55,744 nucleotides of DNA from an uncultured virus (IMG/VR IMGVR_UViG_3300021958_000031) (IMGVR_UViG_3300021958_000031), one strand, 5' to 3'. Shown: positions 8,692-17,962, counted from the first letter of the stretch. A program made the numbers and translations. Notes: generated by a model from the sequence alone, not told the origin.

Positions 8692-9333
8692 TTAGGCTTC
8701 AGCAAACAGTTTCATCCCTTCGAGCTGTTTTTTAACTATTTTCCTCCCTCTAAATATTCGGTTCTTTACTGTTTGTAAATTTATTCCCTTTTCGGACTCT
8801 TTCATTATATCTAATATATCAGAATAAGATTTATGATTTAAGAATCGTTCTACCATAAATCTTTTATACATTGGAGGTAACGCATTTATTGCCTCATGTG
8901 TTAATCTAACCTGTTCGTCTAATATTGTTTGTTCATCTTCCCAATCAGATTCAGTTTTAGGTAAATGTAAACCATCTTTCATAGAAGGCATTGAAGATTC
9001 CATTGGTGGCTCAACACCAGCATCAGTAAATACGTTCATACTCACTTTCTTATTTCTAAACCTGATCCAACCTATACATTCATTATATGCAATACGATAT
9101 GCCCACGTTGTAATTTGGTAATCCTCGTTGTATTGATCTATTTTTAAATACACAGTTGTTAAAGTCGTTGATACAATGTCATTAGCAATTGTAGGATCCT
9201 TTACAATATTATTTACATAAGACCATAATCCTGGTCTCATCTTATGATAAAGTTCATTGTAGGTACTTTCCTTTCGTGTCTTTTTAAATTCAATCGCTAA
9301 TTCCTTGTAGGTTTTCTTTTTTGTTTTACTCAT
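8692..9333 (-). CDS. ECF-like RNA polymerase sigma factor
   Basis: Region 2 (ANDIVS...IDQY...TTWAYRIAYNECI) and region 4 (AINALPPMYK...SYSDI...TVKNRIFRGRK). Confidence 0.88.
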   Translation of the reverse strand: MSKTKKKTYKELAIEFKKTRKESTYNELYHKMRPGLWSYVNNIVKDPTIANDIVSTTLTTVYLKIDQYNEDYQITTWAYRIAYNECIGWIRFRNKKVSMNVFTDAGVEPPMESSMPSMKDGLHLPKTESDWEDEQTILDEQVRLTHEAINALPPMYKRFMVERFLNHKSYSDILDIMKESEKGINLQTVKNRIFRGRKIVKKQLEGMKLFAEA

Positions 9334-9859
9334 TTATAAAATCTTTAATAGTTAAATAATTTACAGGTGTATAATTCCAGAAATCTGTACATACATTTAT
9401 TCTATGCATTTTAGAAAGATCTGTTTTATGGGAAAATACAGTATGGCCATGAAAATGAATAGTACCTGAATTTTTACCATTCCATACCTCTAATGGGTAA
9501 TGAGAAATTACAGAATCAAACTGAGGTAATTCTAGAATTTGATCTTCTAATATAGATATATTTTCAAATTCATGTTGAATATCTAAAAAAGCCTCATCGG
9601 AACTACCTATCATAAAATAGATTTGACCGTTGAGTTTCTTTAAAACTTGCCTTGCTGTTTGTGGATCCCATGCGAAATTACCTAAATGAAATACGATGTC
9701 ATTTTTCTTTACTGTCTTATTCCAATTTTTAATCAACGCAGAATTCATTTCATCTACATTATTAAATTTTCTATTAGCGATTTGAAGTATTTGTGGTCTT
9801 CCAAACCAAGTATCAGATGTTATATAAAAATCATCAGGAATTTCTAAATCTTTATGCAT
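9326..9859 (-). CDS. Calcineurin-like metallophosphoesterase fold with degenerate active site
   Basis: Family scaffold (MNSALIKNWNKTV...DIVFHLG, SHYPL, HGH), but DTW, GN, GSSD and GHTV replace the canonical metal ligands. Confidence 0.8.
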   Translation of the reverse strand: MHKDLEIPDDFYITSDTWFGRPQILQIANRKFNNVDEMNSALIKNWNKTVKKNDIVFHLGNFAWDPQTARQVLKKLNGQIYFMIGSSDEAFLDIQHEFENISILEDQILELPQFDSVISHYPLEVWNGKNSGTIHFHGHTVFSHKTDLSKMHRINVCTDFWNYTPVNYLTIKDFINE

Positions 9860-9891
9860 AAGTTTTTATTTACAGATTAACTGTTATAATA

Positions 9892-9922
9892 CAAATATAA
9901 TACAAATAATTGGGAACTGAAA
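9892..9922 (-). promoter_or_regulatory. Putative early (host sigma) promoter TTTCAG-N17-TATATTTG
   Basis: Matches the Bacteroidota -7 box TAnnTTTG. Related copies at 18510-18540, 18872-18902 and 37118-37148. Confidence 0.65.
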
Positions 9923-9940
9923 ATTATTGATGAACTTTTT

Positions 9941-11149
9941 TTATTTAATCGAAAATCTTTTACCTCCGTCTTTCTTAAGAGTTTTTTCAACCATAGTTTT
10001 TGCATATTCATCAAGTTTAATTAGACTATCTTTATCTAAAGGCTTTTTATAAAAATCTTCATATATATGTTTATAAGCCTCAATTGTAGAATCAAAAGGA
10101 ACTCCAGGTTGAGCATTTGATTCAATAACATATACCTTTCCATTTTTACCTTTCATTACATCAAAACACATAAAAGGAAGGTCCTCATAAATCTTACAAA
10201 ACTTTTCTAAGACCTTTCTATAATCTTTTGGTAAATCTTTAACATCTCTTTTAGCATAACCGAATTCCATTTCTTCTTTGGCACTACCTTTACCACTTTT
10301 AGCTTTTTCGTTTAAAGGAGTTCTCTCCATCCAAAAAATCGGTTTGCCTTTAAAATTAATAAATCTATGTTCTTCGGCTTTATCTATATACTCCGAAAAT
10401 GTATCAAAGATTTTTTCATCTACATCTTCCATAAGGTCTGGTTTATCAATAATTTGAATACCTATTCCACTATGACCTTTTGATGGTTTAGCAATTATAG
10501 GAAAGGTTAAATTTTCTAAAGCATCATTTTTAGAATAAACCGTCTTCGGTATATTTTCATCCTCCCCAACAAGTTTATGGAATTCTTCCTTTGATCCGGA
10601 TTTTGAAATATGGTCTGGGTGGTTATAAATATTTTCTTCTTTTATCTTACCAGCTTTTAATAATTTTTTAACCGGTTCCGAGTGGTAAGTTAAAACTGGG
10701 TAATCAGGATTAATGTCAATATCATCTATGTTGTTTTCATTTACTTGTACGAAAAACTTATCCCCTGCAAAACCTCTATAAGTCCACCATCTTTGTCCAC
10801 TATCTTCTCTAAAGGCTAAATAAACTTTACCTAAACCACTTTCATTATTTTTAGATTCTTTTAATAAATCGCCTCTACCTAATTGCTTATATACTTCCTT
10901 TCTAGTTTTCTCCATCTTTTCAGCATACTTAGGATCATCATTACGATTAAATACAATTTGCTGTGTAAGAGAACCGCTAATCTTTTTAAGATCTTTCTTT
11001 CTGGTTTTAATTAACCATGCCGCTAAATCTTTAATTGATAAATCTCTAAATCTTCCGTTTGCATCAGGTGCATCAGAGTGATGGAAGTCAGGAGCCCCTT
11101 TAGGCTTTTTCTCATTTAAGAATTGTTCAAATAATTTTAGATACTTCAA
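9941..11149 (-). CDS. ATP-grasp ligase (RimK-like) with capsid-targeting-like N-terminus
   Basis: IPKT, FPIIAKPSKGHSGIGI, EYID...EHR, FDVM, VIESNAQPG. N-terminus MKYLKLFEQFLNE. Late motif at 11167-11175. Confidence 0.8.
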   Translation of the reverse strand: MKYLKLFEQFLNEKKPKGAPDFHHSDAPDANGRFRDLSIKDLAAWLIKTRKKDLKKISGSLTQQIVFNRNDDPKYAEKMEKTRKEVYKQLGRGDLLKESKNNESGLGKVYLAFREDSGQRWWTYRGFAGDKFFVQVNENNIDDIDINPDYPVLTYHSEPVKKLLKAGKIKEENIYNHPDHISKSGSKEEFHKLVGEDENIPKTVYSKNDALENLTFPIIAKPSKGHSGIGIQIIDKPDLMEDVDEKIFDTFSEYIDKAEEHRFINFKGKPIFWMERTPLNEKAKSGKGSAKEEMEFGYAKRDVKDLPKDYRKVLEKFCKIYEDLPFMCFDVMKGKNGKVYVIESNAQPGVPFDSTIEAYKHIYEDFYKKPLDKDSLIKLDEYAKTMVEKTLKKDGGKRFSIK

Positions 11150-11166
11150 AACAAAATTTAATTTGT

Positions 11167-12075
11167 TTATATATTCCTAAAGATTGCATCAGATATCCAT
11201 TGGTGTAAAAGATCATCATGAGGCTGAGGTTCAAATTTAGAATCACCTTTAAATACAACATCATTACTTTGAAGCATTTCATCTTCTAATTGTTTTAAAC
11301 CGTCTAATGCTTTGCCGTTTGGATCAATTAAAAACTCTCTCATTTCTGGATATGACTGAGGATTAAATGATTTCATTAACATTTCACTCACAAGATCAAA
11401 GTGTCTTTCATATAAATGTAATGAATGTGCAATATGAGTATATGTACCTAATTCTAATTCAGGGTAATATTTACGGAGGTGTTCTAACATCTGCATTTGT
11501 AATAAACAAAAGAATGCAACATCAGTAGGTGTACCTAAGATAAGATCATTAGACCTCATATCTACAGTAAAGTTAAGTTTATTATCTCTTATTTGAAATA
11601 TGCCGTTAAGAGTACAAACAAAATCTTTATTACCATTCCATTGATGTGAAGGTTTATTAAAATGTAAAATGGCTTGTCTTGAGTCTTTATCTTGAATTAA
11701 AGAATCTAATGCCCATCGGTATTGATTTCTACCATCTTCTAATTGTTCGGTAAAGATAAGATTACCGTATGCAGAATTAACTGTACCGTCTTTATTTTTA
11801 ATTTGATCCCAGAATTTTGCATAAGGGGTAATAAAGTCAGCATCATTACGACCTGTGAAATACCAAACTAATTCTGCTGCAATATATTTAAATTGACTAC
11901 TCCTACGTGAATTTTCATAAAGACAAAAAGTAGGATCTTCTACAACAATAGCTGCATCGGTCATTTCAAATATTTTCATACCTCTTGGTGAAGATACATA
12001 ATTAGGGTTATGTATTGCACTACCTAGAGCATAATTATATGCCTCGGCAAATGTCTCTCCTTTAAATACTCTCAT
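11167..12075 (-). CDS. Thymidylate-synthase-family enzyme, dCMP hydroxymethylase (T4 gp42)-like
   Basis: DSRQA, KDFVCT catalytic Cys, MRSNDLILGTPTD (Asp at the ThyA Asn177 position), SLHLYERHF. Confidence 0.82.
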   Translation of the reverse strand: MRVFKGETFAEAYNYALGSAIHNPNYVSSPRGMKIFEMTDAAIVVEDPTFCLYENSRRSSQFKYIAAELVWYFTGRNDADFITPYAKFWDQIKNKDGTVNSAYGNLIFTEQLEDGRNQYRWALDSLIQDKDSRQAILHFNKPSHQWNGNKDFVCTLNGIFQIRDNKLNFTVDMRSNDLILGTPTDVAFFCLLQMQMLEHLRKYYPELELGTYTHIAHSLHLYERHFDLVSEMLMKSFNPQSYPEMREFLIDPNGKALDGLKQLEDEMLQSNDVVFKGDSKFEPQPHDDLLHQWISDAIFRNI

Positions 12076-12263
12076 TTTTTTAATTTACTTTGTAATTTTT
12101 TCTCTCTAACATTTCTTAACGCTATTTCTACCCTATCACCAAATTCCATGTGTTGGTATTTACTTTCAGCGTGATATAATCGACGGCTCTCAGTAAGAAC
12201 CTCATCTCTTATACCTTCGTGGTGGGCTTCATATAATAAATCTTCTGCTTTACACATTATCAA
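12072..12263 (-). CDS. Hypothetical protein
   Basis: 63-aa ORF overlapping both neighbours. Confidence 0.5.
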   Translation of the reverse strand: MIMCKAEDLLYEAHHEGIRDEVLTESRRLYHAESKYQHMEFGDRVEIALRNVREKKLQSKLKK

Positions 12264-12849
12264 ACATGTTTAGTTGTTTAGCAACACCAGTGATAGAATT
12301 ATCGTGCATTAAAAAATCTACAATAATATTAGAAACTTCCTCAGCACTCATAGTTCCAATATTAAGTAATAATTTATTTTTAATTTTACTTTTGCGGTGA
12401 GCTCTATTAAAACCATCAATCTCTGCGGTTACTTCCTCTTCGTTACCATAAAACGATAAACCGTCATCTCTCTTCAGAATAGTATGAGCATCATTTGATA
12501 GCGTGATTAAGTATAGTTCTTTTCTTAATTGATTAACATATTTCTTTTCAATATCAAAAACATAATCACCAGAATATTCTCGATAAAGAGGAGAATAAAC
12601 ACTTTCACCTAAATGAGAACGATTAAAAATAAGATTAATATCTTTATCTTTAGATAGGATCATAAGCTTAAACATATCATCATACATTTTTTGTGAATAT
12701 GATATATGTTTTTCTTTATCATCTTTAAAGGGTAAAGAAGAATAATGTAATTTATGAAATATTAAATTATTAATTTTTTTAATGATAAGATTCTGTTGTG
12801 TATCTTTACCTGTATTATCGGTACCTTCTATGATAATAAATTTACTCAT
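12250..12849 (-). CDS. dNMP/thymidylate-kinase-like P-loop kinase
   Basis: IIIEGTDNTGKDT P-loop, IFNRSHLGESVY. Confidence 0.82.
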   Translation of the reverse strand: MSKFIIIEGTDNTGKDTQQNLIIKKINNLIFHKLHYSSLPFKDDKEKHISYSQKMYDDMFKLMILSKDKDINLIFNRSHLGESVYSPLYREYSGDYVFDIEKKYVNQLRKELYLITLSNDAHTILKRDDGLSFYGNEEEVTAEIDGFNRAHRKSKIKNKLLLNIGTMSAEEVSNIIVDFLMHDNSITGVAKQLNMFDNV

Positions 12850-12859
12850 GTGTTTATTT

Positions 12860-12886
12860 TTATATGGTTAAAAGTTAGGATTGTTT
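12860..12886 (-). promoter_or_regulatory. Putative middle promoter AAAC-N16/17-ATATAA
   Basis: One of eight copies, all upstream of replication, nucleotide or regulatory genes. Confidence 0.6.
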
Positions 12887-13347
12887 ATTTCTAAATCAAA
12901 GTCTGTAAAATTTTCAAAGTCTTTTTCATCAGCCTCCATTCGTCTGTCAATAGAATCACCAGGCATTTCTCTAGCATCTAATCTTTCTCTTCGGATCTTT
13001 TCATCTACGTTTAAATATATGATAGTACATTCTTTTCTATCCACTGAATCTATATGGCTTATACCTTTAGGTGTCATAATAAAAAGATTACAGCTTATTG
13101 TAAACTGTCTTTGGCTGGTTCCATAATACCAACCATTAAATTCTATCCATTCATACCAATAACCTTGATTGATTTTTCTTTTAAACTCTTCCTCTGTTAA
13201 AAAGAAATAATCTTTACCATCAATTTCACCTTCTCTAGGCGGTCGAGTAGTATAGGAAATTCCATACTGAAAACCTCGACCGCTAAGGATCTTTCTCATG
13301 TGATCTTTTCCTGCGGCTGCCTTGCCTACTAAAATAACTTTATTCAT
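12868..13347 (-). CDS. gmk: Guanylate kinase
   Basis: GKAAAGKD, SYTTRPPREGEIDGKDYFF, YYGTS. Confidence 0.92.
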   Translation of the reverse strand: MNKVILVGKAAAGKDHMRKILSGRGFQYGISYTTRPPREGEIDGKDYFFLTEEEFKRKINQGYWYEWIEFNGWYYGTSQRQFTISCNLFIMTPKGISHIDSVDRKECTIIYLNVDEKIRRERLDAREMPGDSIDRRMEADEKDFENFTDFDLEINNPNF

Positions 13348-13463
13348 TTTTTATTTTTATAAATGTTAATATCAGGAATTATACCGCCTACTGCAGCTAT
13401 TAAAACTAAGACACCAAGAAAATGCCAGAATGAACTAAATGTAAATTCCAAAAATTCCATCAT
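13344..13463 (-). CDS. Small 39-aa single-TM protein
   Basis: Hand translation MMEFLEFTFSSFWHFLGVLVLIAAVGGIIPDINIYKNKK. Stop overlaps the gmk start (ATGA). Confidence 0.55.
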   Translation of the reverse strand: MMEFLEFTFSSFWHFLGVLVLIAAVGGIIPDINIYKNKK

Positions 13464-13465
13464 AG

Positions 13466-13699
13466 TTAATCCTTCTTTACTTCCTCTTTAACTTCAAATG
13501 TATCTTTTAGTCTTTCTAAACAATCTTCAGCTTCAGCTAATGATTTTGTTTGTTCAACCATTTCATCAATGATCTGTGGATGTTCTCCTATACCTACTGG
13601 GTTAGTTAAGTATACTGTGAGTGTTGCCAAAGCTTTTTGTTTTTGAGCTTCGAATTGAGCTTTAAGAGCTTCATAAAGTGCATTAGTATTTGTTGCCAT
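13466..13699 (-). CDS. Conserved small T4-like phage protein (helical hairpin)
   Basis: NPVGIGEHP motif between two helices. Confidence 0.65.
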   Translation of the reverse strand: MATNTNALYEALKAQFEAQKQKALATLTVYLTNPVGIGEHPQIIDEMVEQTKSLAEAEDCLERLKDTFEVKEEVKKD

Positions 13700-13702
13700 A
13701 AT

Positions 13703-13930
13703 TTAGTTTATTAAAAGTTGAGTGTGATCGTAATTATTTTTAATCTGTTCGTTAAAGAATTTTCCTTGAGATTCAGCTTTACATAAGTTATCATAAACTT
13801 CCGGTTCTACATTATTATATTCATAAAGAGCACCTGAATTAAATTCAATCTTAAGTGACTTGTTAGGAAAATTGTAAATGACTCTATTTATCATTGAAGA
13901 GTCTACTGTTGAGTTTGATTCAATCATCAT
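13703..13930 (-). CDS. KTSC domain protein
   Basis: VDSSMI...L.IEFNSG..YEY.NV...AESQGKFFNEQIK. Confidence 0.9.
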   Translation of the reverse strand: MMIESNSTVDSSMINRVIYNFPNKSLKIEFNSGALYEYNNVEPEVYDNLCKAESQGKFFNEQIKNNYDHTQLLIN

Positions 13931-14084
13931 TGTTATTTATTTTTGTAATATTATAAAGTTTTTTTGCCTGTTCTATAGACAAGTGTTTAGTCTGAGCAAT
14001 CCATTTCCATGCAAGATCTTCCGTGTCAGTTTGACACCCTGAAATATAACTCCCATTCTTAGCCTCAAATTTAAATTTAGCCAT
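13920..14084 (-). CDS. Small 54-aa hypothetical protein
   Basis: Hand translation MAKFKFEAKNGSYISGCQTDTEDLAWKWIAQTKHLSIEQAKKLYNITKINNNDD. Follows the middle-promoter motif at 14099-14124. Confidence 0.55.
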   Translation of the reverse strand: MAKFKFEAKNGSYISGCQTDTEDLAWKWIAQTKHLSIEQAKKLYNITKINNNDD

Positions 14085-14122
14085 AATATTGTTTATTTTT
14101 ATATTGCTTTTTTTTAAAAGGT

Positions 14123-15466
14123 TTACTTAATTGCCTTCTTTAATATTTCCAAATCAGAAAGGTACATATCTTTAGGATCAGTGCCTTCTATGATTTTCTT
14201 TTCAGCTTTCTTATCAGCTTCTTGTTTTAATAACTCATCAAATCTTTCTTTCGTTAAAGAATAGATAGGCATATTTAAAAGGTAATTATATGAACCGTCA
14301 ACCTTATCAAACTTATTTGCTTCTAGGTAAATTATAATAGATTTCTTAGGTGCATTGTTTACTGTAAGTTTTCCATCAATGATATCTTTTATAAATCTTG
14401 CCTTATTTGAAATGATAAGTAATTCTCTCTCAAGTTTTGCAATAAGATAAGCCTTTCTTTTATCATACCAGGTTAATCGGACTTCTACAAAATGTTTAAC
14501 AATTTCTTCTACTTTATTAAATATCTTAAGTTCACCGTTTTCATCAATCGTTGTAAGGTTTTCAGTTTCCTGTGTATTAATTTTTAATAAAGCTTCAAGT
14601 TTATTTCTGCTAATGTAATCCTTAAGTACAGCTCTTTGGAACTTAAGTACATACTCTACTTTGCCTGATGAATTATCCTCATAACCTGAAATAATTCTTT
14701 TTTCAGTTAGGTTATTCAAATGCTCTTCATATCTTTCGTAAGTAAACCCTGGTGGTATTTCAGTTACCTTAACGGTTGTTGTGTTTAGCACCTCATATAA
14801 CCCACTTATCTTCCATGTTTTAGGATTAACCGTATCTCTAGTAAAAGTGCCGGAAAACTCATTTAACCACGGTGCTAATACCGGCATCCTCTTCCCTTTA
14901 AGAACAGAGATACACGCATTAACAACATCTTTAGGATTTCTATTTAAAATATTTGTAGCAAACCCTACTGCAATACCGGAAGATCCATTTAAGATTACTG
15001 TAGGTATGATAGGTAAGAAAAACTCAGGTTCAATTTTTTCTCCTTCTTCTATTTTATTTTTAAGTAATTCAAAATCCTTATAAAGAAGTCTAAAGTTAGG
15101 ATGTAACTTTCCACTAATATAACGAGGGGCGCCAGCAGATGGGGATCTTAATGATCCAAATTGACCTATACCATCAAGAAGTGGTAATGAGTTCTTAAAT
15201 CCTTGCGCCATTCCAACCATCGCAGATTCCAAAGAAGTATTACCGTGATGATAATATGCCTCAGCTGCTACACGGCCTGCGAGTTGAAAAAGTTTCATTG
15301 GTTTTTCATTTCCACTTTTCCATATTTTATTAGCAATATATACTACCTTCCTTTGTGTAGGTTTTAATCCGTCTATGCAACTAGGTATAGCCCTATTCTC
15401 TACAACATACTTTGCATATTCAAGATATTCCTTATCAAAAAAATCTGTTACTGTTCTTCTACTCAT
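14123..15466 (-). CDS. DNA topoisomerase II medium subunit (T4 gp52-like)
   Basis: RAIPSCIDGLKPTQRK, YHHG, GQFGS, APRYI catalytic Tyr, GIAVGFAT. Confidence 0.95.
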   Translation of the reverse strand: MSRRTVTDFFDKEYLEYAKYVVENRAIPSCIDGLKPTQRKVVYIANKIWKSGNEKPMKLFQLAGRVAAEAYYHHGNTSLESAMVGMAQGFKNSLPLLDGIGQFGSLRSPSAGAPRYISGKLHPNFRLLYKDFELLKNKIEEGEKIEPEFFLPIIPTVILNGSSGIAVGFATNILNRNPKDVVNACISVLKGKRMPVLAPWLNEFSGTFTRDTVNPKTWKISGLYEVLNTTTVKVTEIPPGFTYERYEEHLNNLTEKRIISGYEDNSSGKVEYVLKFQRAVLKDYISRNKLEALLKINTQETENLTTIDENGELKIFNKVEEIVKHFVEVRLTWYDKRKAYLIAKLERELLIISNKARFIKDIIDGKLTVNNAPKKSIIIYLEANKFDKVDGSYNYLLNMPIYSLTKERFDELLKQEADKKAEKKIIEGTDPKDMYLSDLEILKKAIK

Positions 15467-15469
15467 GGT

Positions 15470-17347
15470 TTAAAATAATGATTTATCACTTACTTTGTAA
15501 ATAAGATCTTCTCCTAAAATCTTTTTCTTTCTTGGCTCTGAATCTTTAGAGAACCAAGTATCTAATGTATTATCAAAATCCTTGTCTTTAGTTAAAGTAA
15601 AGGTTCTAGGATTACTTATAATTTCCTGGTACTCTTCATTTTCCAATGCAGCAAGACCTTTCTTATATTCAATATTCCATGATGATAATGACCTCTGCTT
15701 AGATTCCCATTCCTTATAGTCTTCATCAGAATAAAAACTTAAAGTCTCTTTGCCTTTCTTGGCAACCATAAGAGGTGTTTCTACCTTAAGTACTCTCCCT
15801 TCTTCAAATAACTCTGGCCAATATTTACCTAAGAAATTAATTAACAACGCAGAAATAGAATTACCATCTACATCAGCATCGGTATATAATAATATTTTAC
15901 CGTACCTTAAATCTTTAGGCTCATGACCTATCTTTAAACCTAATGCAGCCATAAGAGATTGTACTTCTTTATTTTGTACAACCTTAGAAGGAATAGATTC
16001 TCTTACATTTACAAACTTACCTCTAAGTGGGAATGCACCTTGCATATTTGGATTTCTATATTGCCTAAATGCAGATGATGCAGAATCACCTTCAAAAATT
16101 GCAAGAGTACAGTTATTTCTATCACCTCTCTTTTTTGCATCAATTAGCTTTACAACCTTTTTCTTATCTAACCCTTTATTTAATTTTCTAAGTTTAGATC
16201 TCTCCTCGGCTGCTTTCTTTTGTTTAATCCAATCTAATACTGATTGAATTATTTCAGAATTTAAAACTTGTCTTAGTGTCTTATCAGAAAGTACGTGAAT
16301 ACTACCAAAGTCTTTAGGTTCTGTAATAAGCTTCTCTTTTGTTTGAGATGAGAATGCAGGATTAATAATTGTACTATTGATAAAAAGGTATAAGTGATTT
16401 TTTAATTCTGATGGCTTTACATCAACTCTATGCTTTCTTTTAATCTTATCCCTAAGGAATTGAGTAATCTGCCACGTAATATTGTCTACATGTTTACCAC
16501 CATCTTTTGTTTCAACAGAATTTACAAACGAGATAGCTTTAAAACCTGAGGTAGAATGGCCTATTCCTATTTGCCAATTTTCTGATTGCTCATAAAATAC
16601 TGGTGTGGTATATAATTCAGAGTATTCTTTAAAAGATTTAAAAGTAATAGGATCTCCGTTTAACCAGATTTTTAGTTTAGGATTACATGCAGCAATATCA
16701 TAAAGTCTTTTTTCAATCATTTGAATTGAAGCCTTATCAATCTTACTCATACCAAATCTTTTAAAATCTGCAATGTATGAAATTTCAGTAAATCCTTTCT
16801 TTTGTGGTTTTATGGCAGGTTTAGTTTTCTTTGCCATATTATTTGAAAAGGTTTGTGTAAATCTTTTCTTCTTATCACAAGTATCAATTATAAATTCTTT
16901 ACTAAAGATGTTTGTTAATGTACTACCAACTCCGTTGGTTCCAACAACGGTTCTTTCTTCAGTATCATCAAAATTACTACCTGTTTTTAAGTTACTAAAG
17001 ATCATTTCAGGTACCCATTCATTGTACTCTTTATGAATCTCTACAGGAATACCACCATTATCCCAGATTGATATTTTATTGGTTTTAATATCAATGTTAA
17101 CTTTTACTTGATTAAGTTTAGGATTTCTTTTATGTTCATCAACTGAATTAGAAACAATCTCATCAAAGAGTTTTAGGAACCCTGGGTTATAAGTAATCTC
17201 TTTAGGAACCAATTTCCAACTTCTTCTATCTAAGAGATAAACTTCTTCTGTGTGTGGCTTTACAGAACCGATGTACATACCTGGTCTAAGTAATACATGT
17301 TCTGTATCTGTAAGTTTCTGATATTTCTTTTCTATACTTACTGCCAT
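15470..17347 (-). CDS. DNA topoisomerase II large subunit (uninterrupted gp39+gp60-like)
   Basis: EHVLLRPGMYIGS, DEIVSNSVD, GTNGVG, EGDSA, PLRGK, DADVDG, KGL. Confidence 0.95.
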   Translation of the reverse strand: MAVSIEKKYQKLTDTEHVLLRPGMYIGSVKPHTEEVYLLDRRSWKLVPKEITYNPGFLKLFDEIVSNSVDEHKRNPKLNQVKVNIDIKTNKISIWDNGGIPVEIHKEYNEWVPEMIFSNLKTGSNFDDTEERTVVGTNGVGSTLTNIFSKEFIIDTCDKKKRFTQTFSNNMAKKTKPAIKPQKKGFTEISYIADFKRFGMSKIDKASIQMIEKRLYDIAACNPKLKIWLNGDPITFKSFKEYSELYTTPVFYEQSENWQIGIGHSTSGFKAISFVNSVETKDGGKHVDNITWQITQFLRDKIKRKHRVDVKPSELKNHLYLFINSTIINPAFSSQTKEKLITEPKDFGSIHVLSDKTLRQVLNSEIIQSVLDWIKQKKAAEERSKLRKLNKGLDKKKVVKLIDAKKRGDRNNCTLAIFEGDSASSAFRQYRNPNMQGAFPLRGKFVNVRESIPSKVVQNKEVQSLMAALGLKIGHEPKDLRYGKILLYTDADVDGNSISALLINFLGKYWPELFEEGRVLKVETPLMVAKKGKETLSFYSDEDYKEWESKQRSLSSWNIEYKKGLAALENEEYQEIISNPRTFTLTKDKDFDNTLDTWFSKDSEPRKKKILGEDLIYKVSDKSLF

Positions 17348-17390
17348 GCTTTAATTTTATTTTTATATTGATAATTTCATAAAGGTTTAA

Positions 17391-17636
17391 TTACCTACCA
17401 AATTCACTTCTTAAAATTGACTTAAGATAAAGACGATAAGTATTCATAACTGTAATATTATTTGAGTTTACCCATTTGTTATAGAAATTATTAATGAGCT
17501 GCTTAAGAGCAGGGTAATGTAAATTAGTATTATCTTTGTGAGACAAAACTTTTTCTACCCACATCATGTCTTCTCTTATAGAAGTTATAATATCCATGTT
17601 ATCCATCCAATTCCATTCTTTACCTTTATTGATCAT
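17391..17636 (-). CDS. Hypothetical protein
   Basis: 81-aa ORF in an early-gene cluster. Confidence 0.5.
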   Translation of the reverse strand: MINKGKEWNWMDNMDIITSIREDMMWVEKVLSHKDNTNLHYPALKQLINNFYNKWVNSNNITVMNTYRLYLKSILRSEFGR

Positions 17637-17772
17637 CTTTACCTTTATGTTTTTTCTTTCTCCTATATTTCTTTTTGTTTCTTATAGGAGTTGGAACACG
17701 AAGAGCATCATTCCATTCTTGTAAAGTTAATTTAACTTCCTTTAGTTTTTTGCCTTCGTTATCCTTTTCCAT
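17626..17772 (-). CDS. Small basic 48-aa protein with ArfA-like C-terminal motif
   Basis: Hand translation MEKDNEGKKLKEVKLTLQEWNDALRVPTPIRNKKKYRRKKKHKGKDDQ. Confidence 0.55.
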   Translation of the reverse strand: MEKDNEGKKLKEVKLTLQEWNDALRVPTPIRNKKKYRRKKKHKGKDDQ

Positions 17773-17775
17773 AAT

Positions 17776-17961
17776 TTATTTAATCCACTCTTCAAACCCA
17801 TGAGTATAGGCATCAATTGGATCCATCTCTGGTGATTCATCTAATAGGTTTTCTGCATACTGCTTTACCTCAGCTCTTAGGCCATAAGCACTAGCCTCAG
17901 TTAAGATTTCTTCAATATGTTCTTCTTCCGTTATCATACGGTATGGTGTCGGTTCTTTCAT
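17776..17961 (-). CDS. Hypothetical acidic protein
   Basis: 61-aa ORF, coupled to neighbours. Confidence 0.55.
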   Translation of the reverse strand: MKEPTPYRMITEEEHIEEILTEASAYGLRAEVKQYAENLLDESPEMDPIDAYTHGFEEWIK

Positions 17962-17962
17962 A

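Noticed and set aside
15470..17347. Possible gene-60-style translational bypass or split topoisomerase
   Set aside because: ATPase and TOPRIM motifs are in one uninterrupted ORF.
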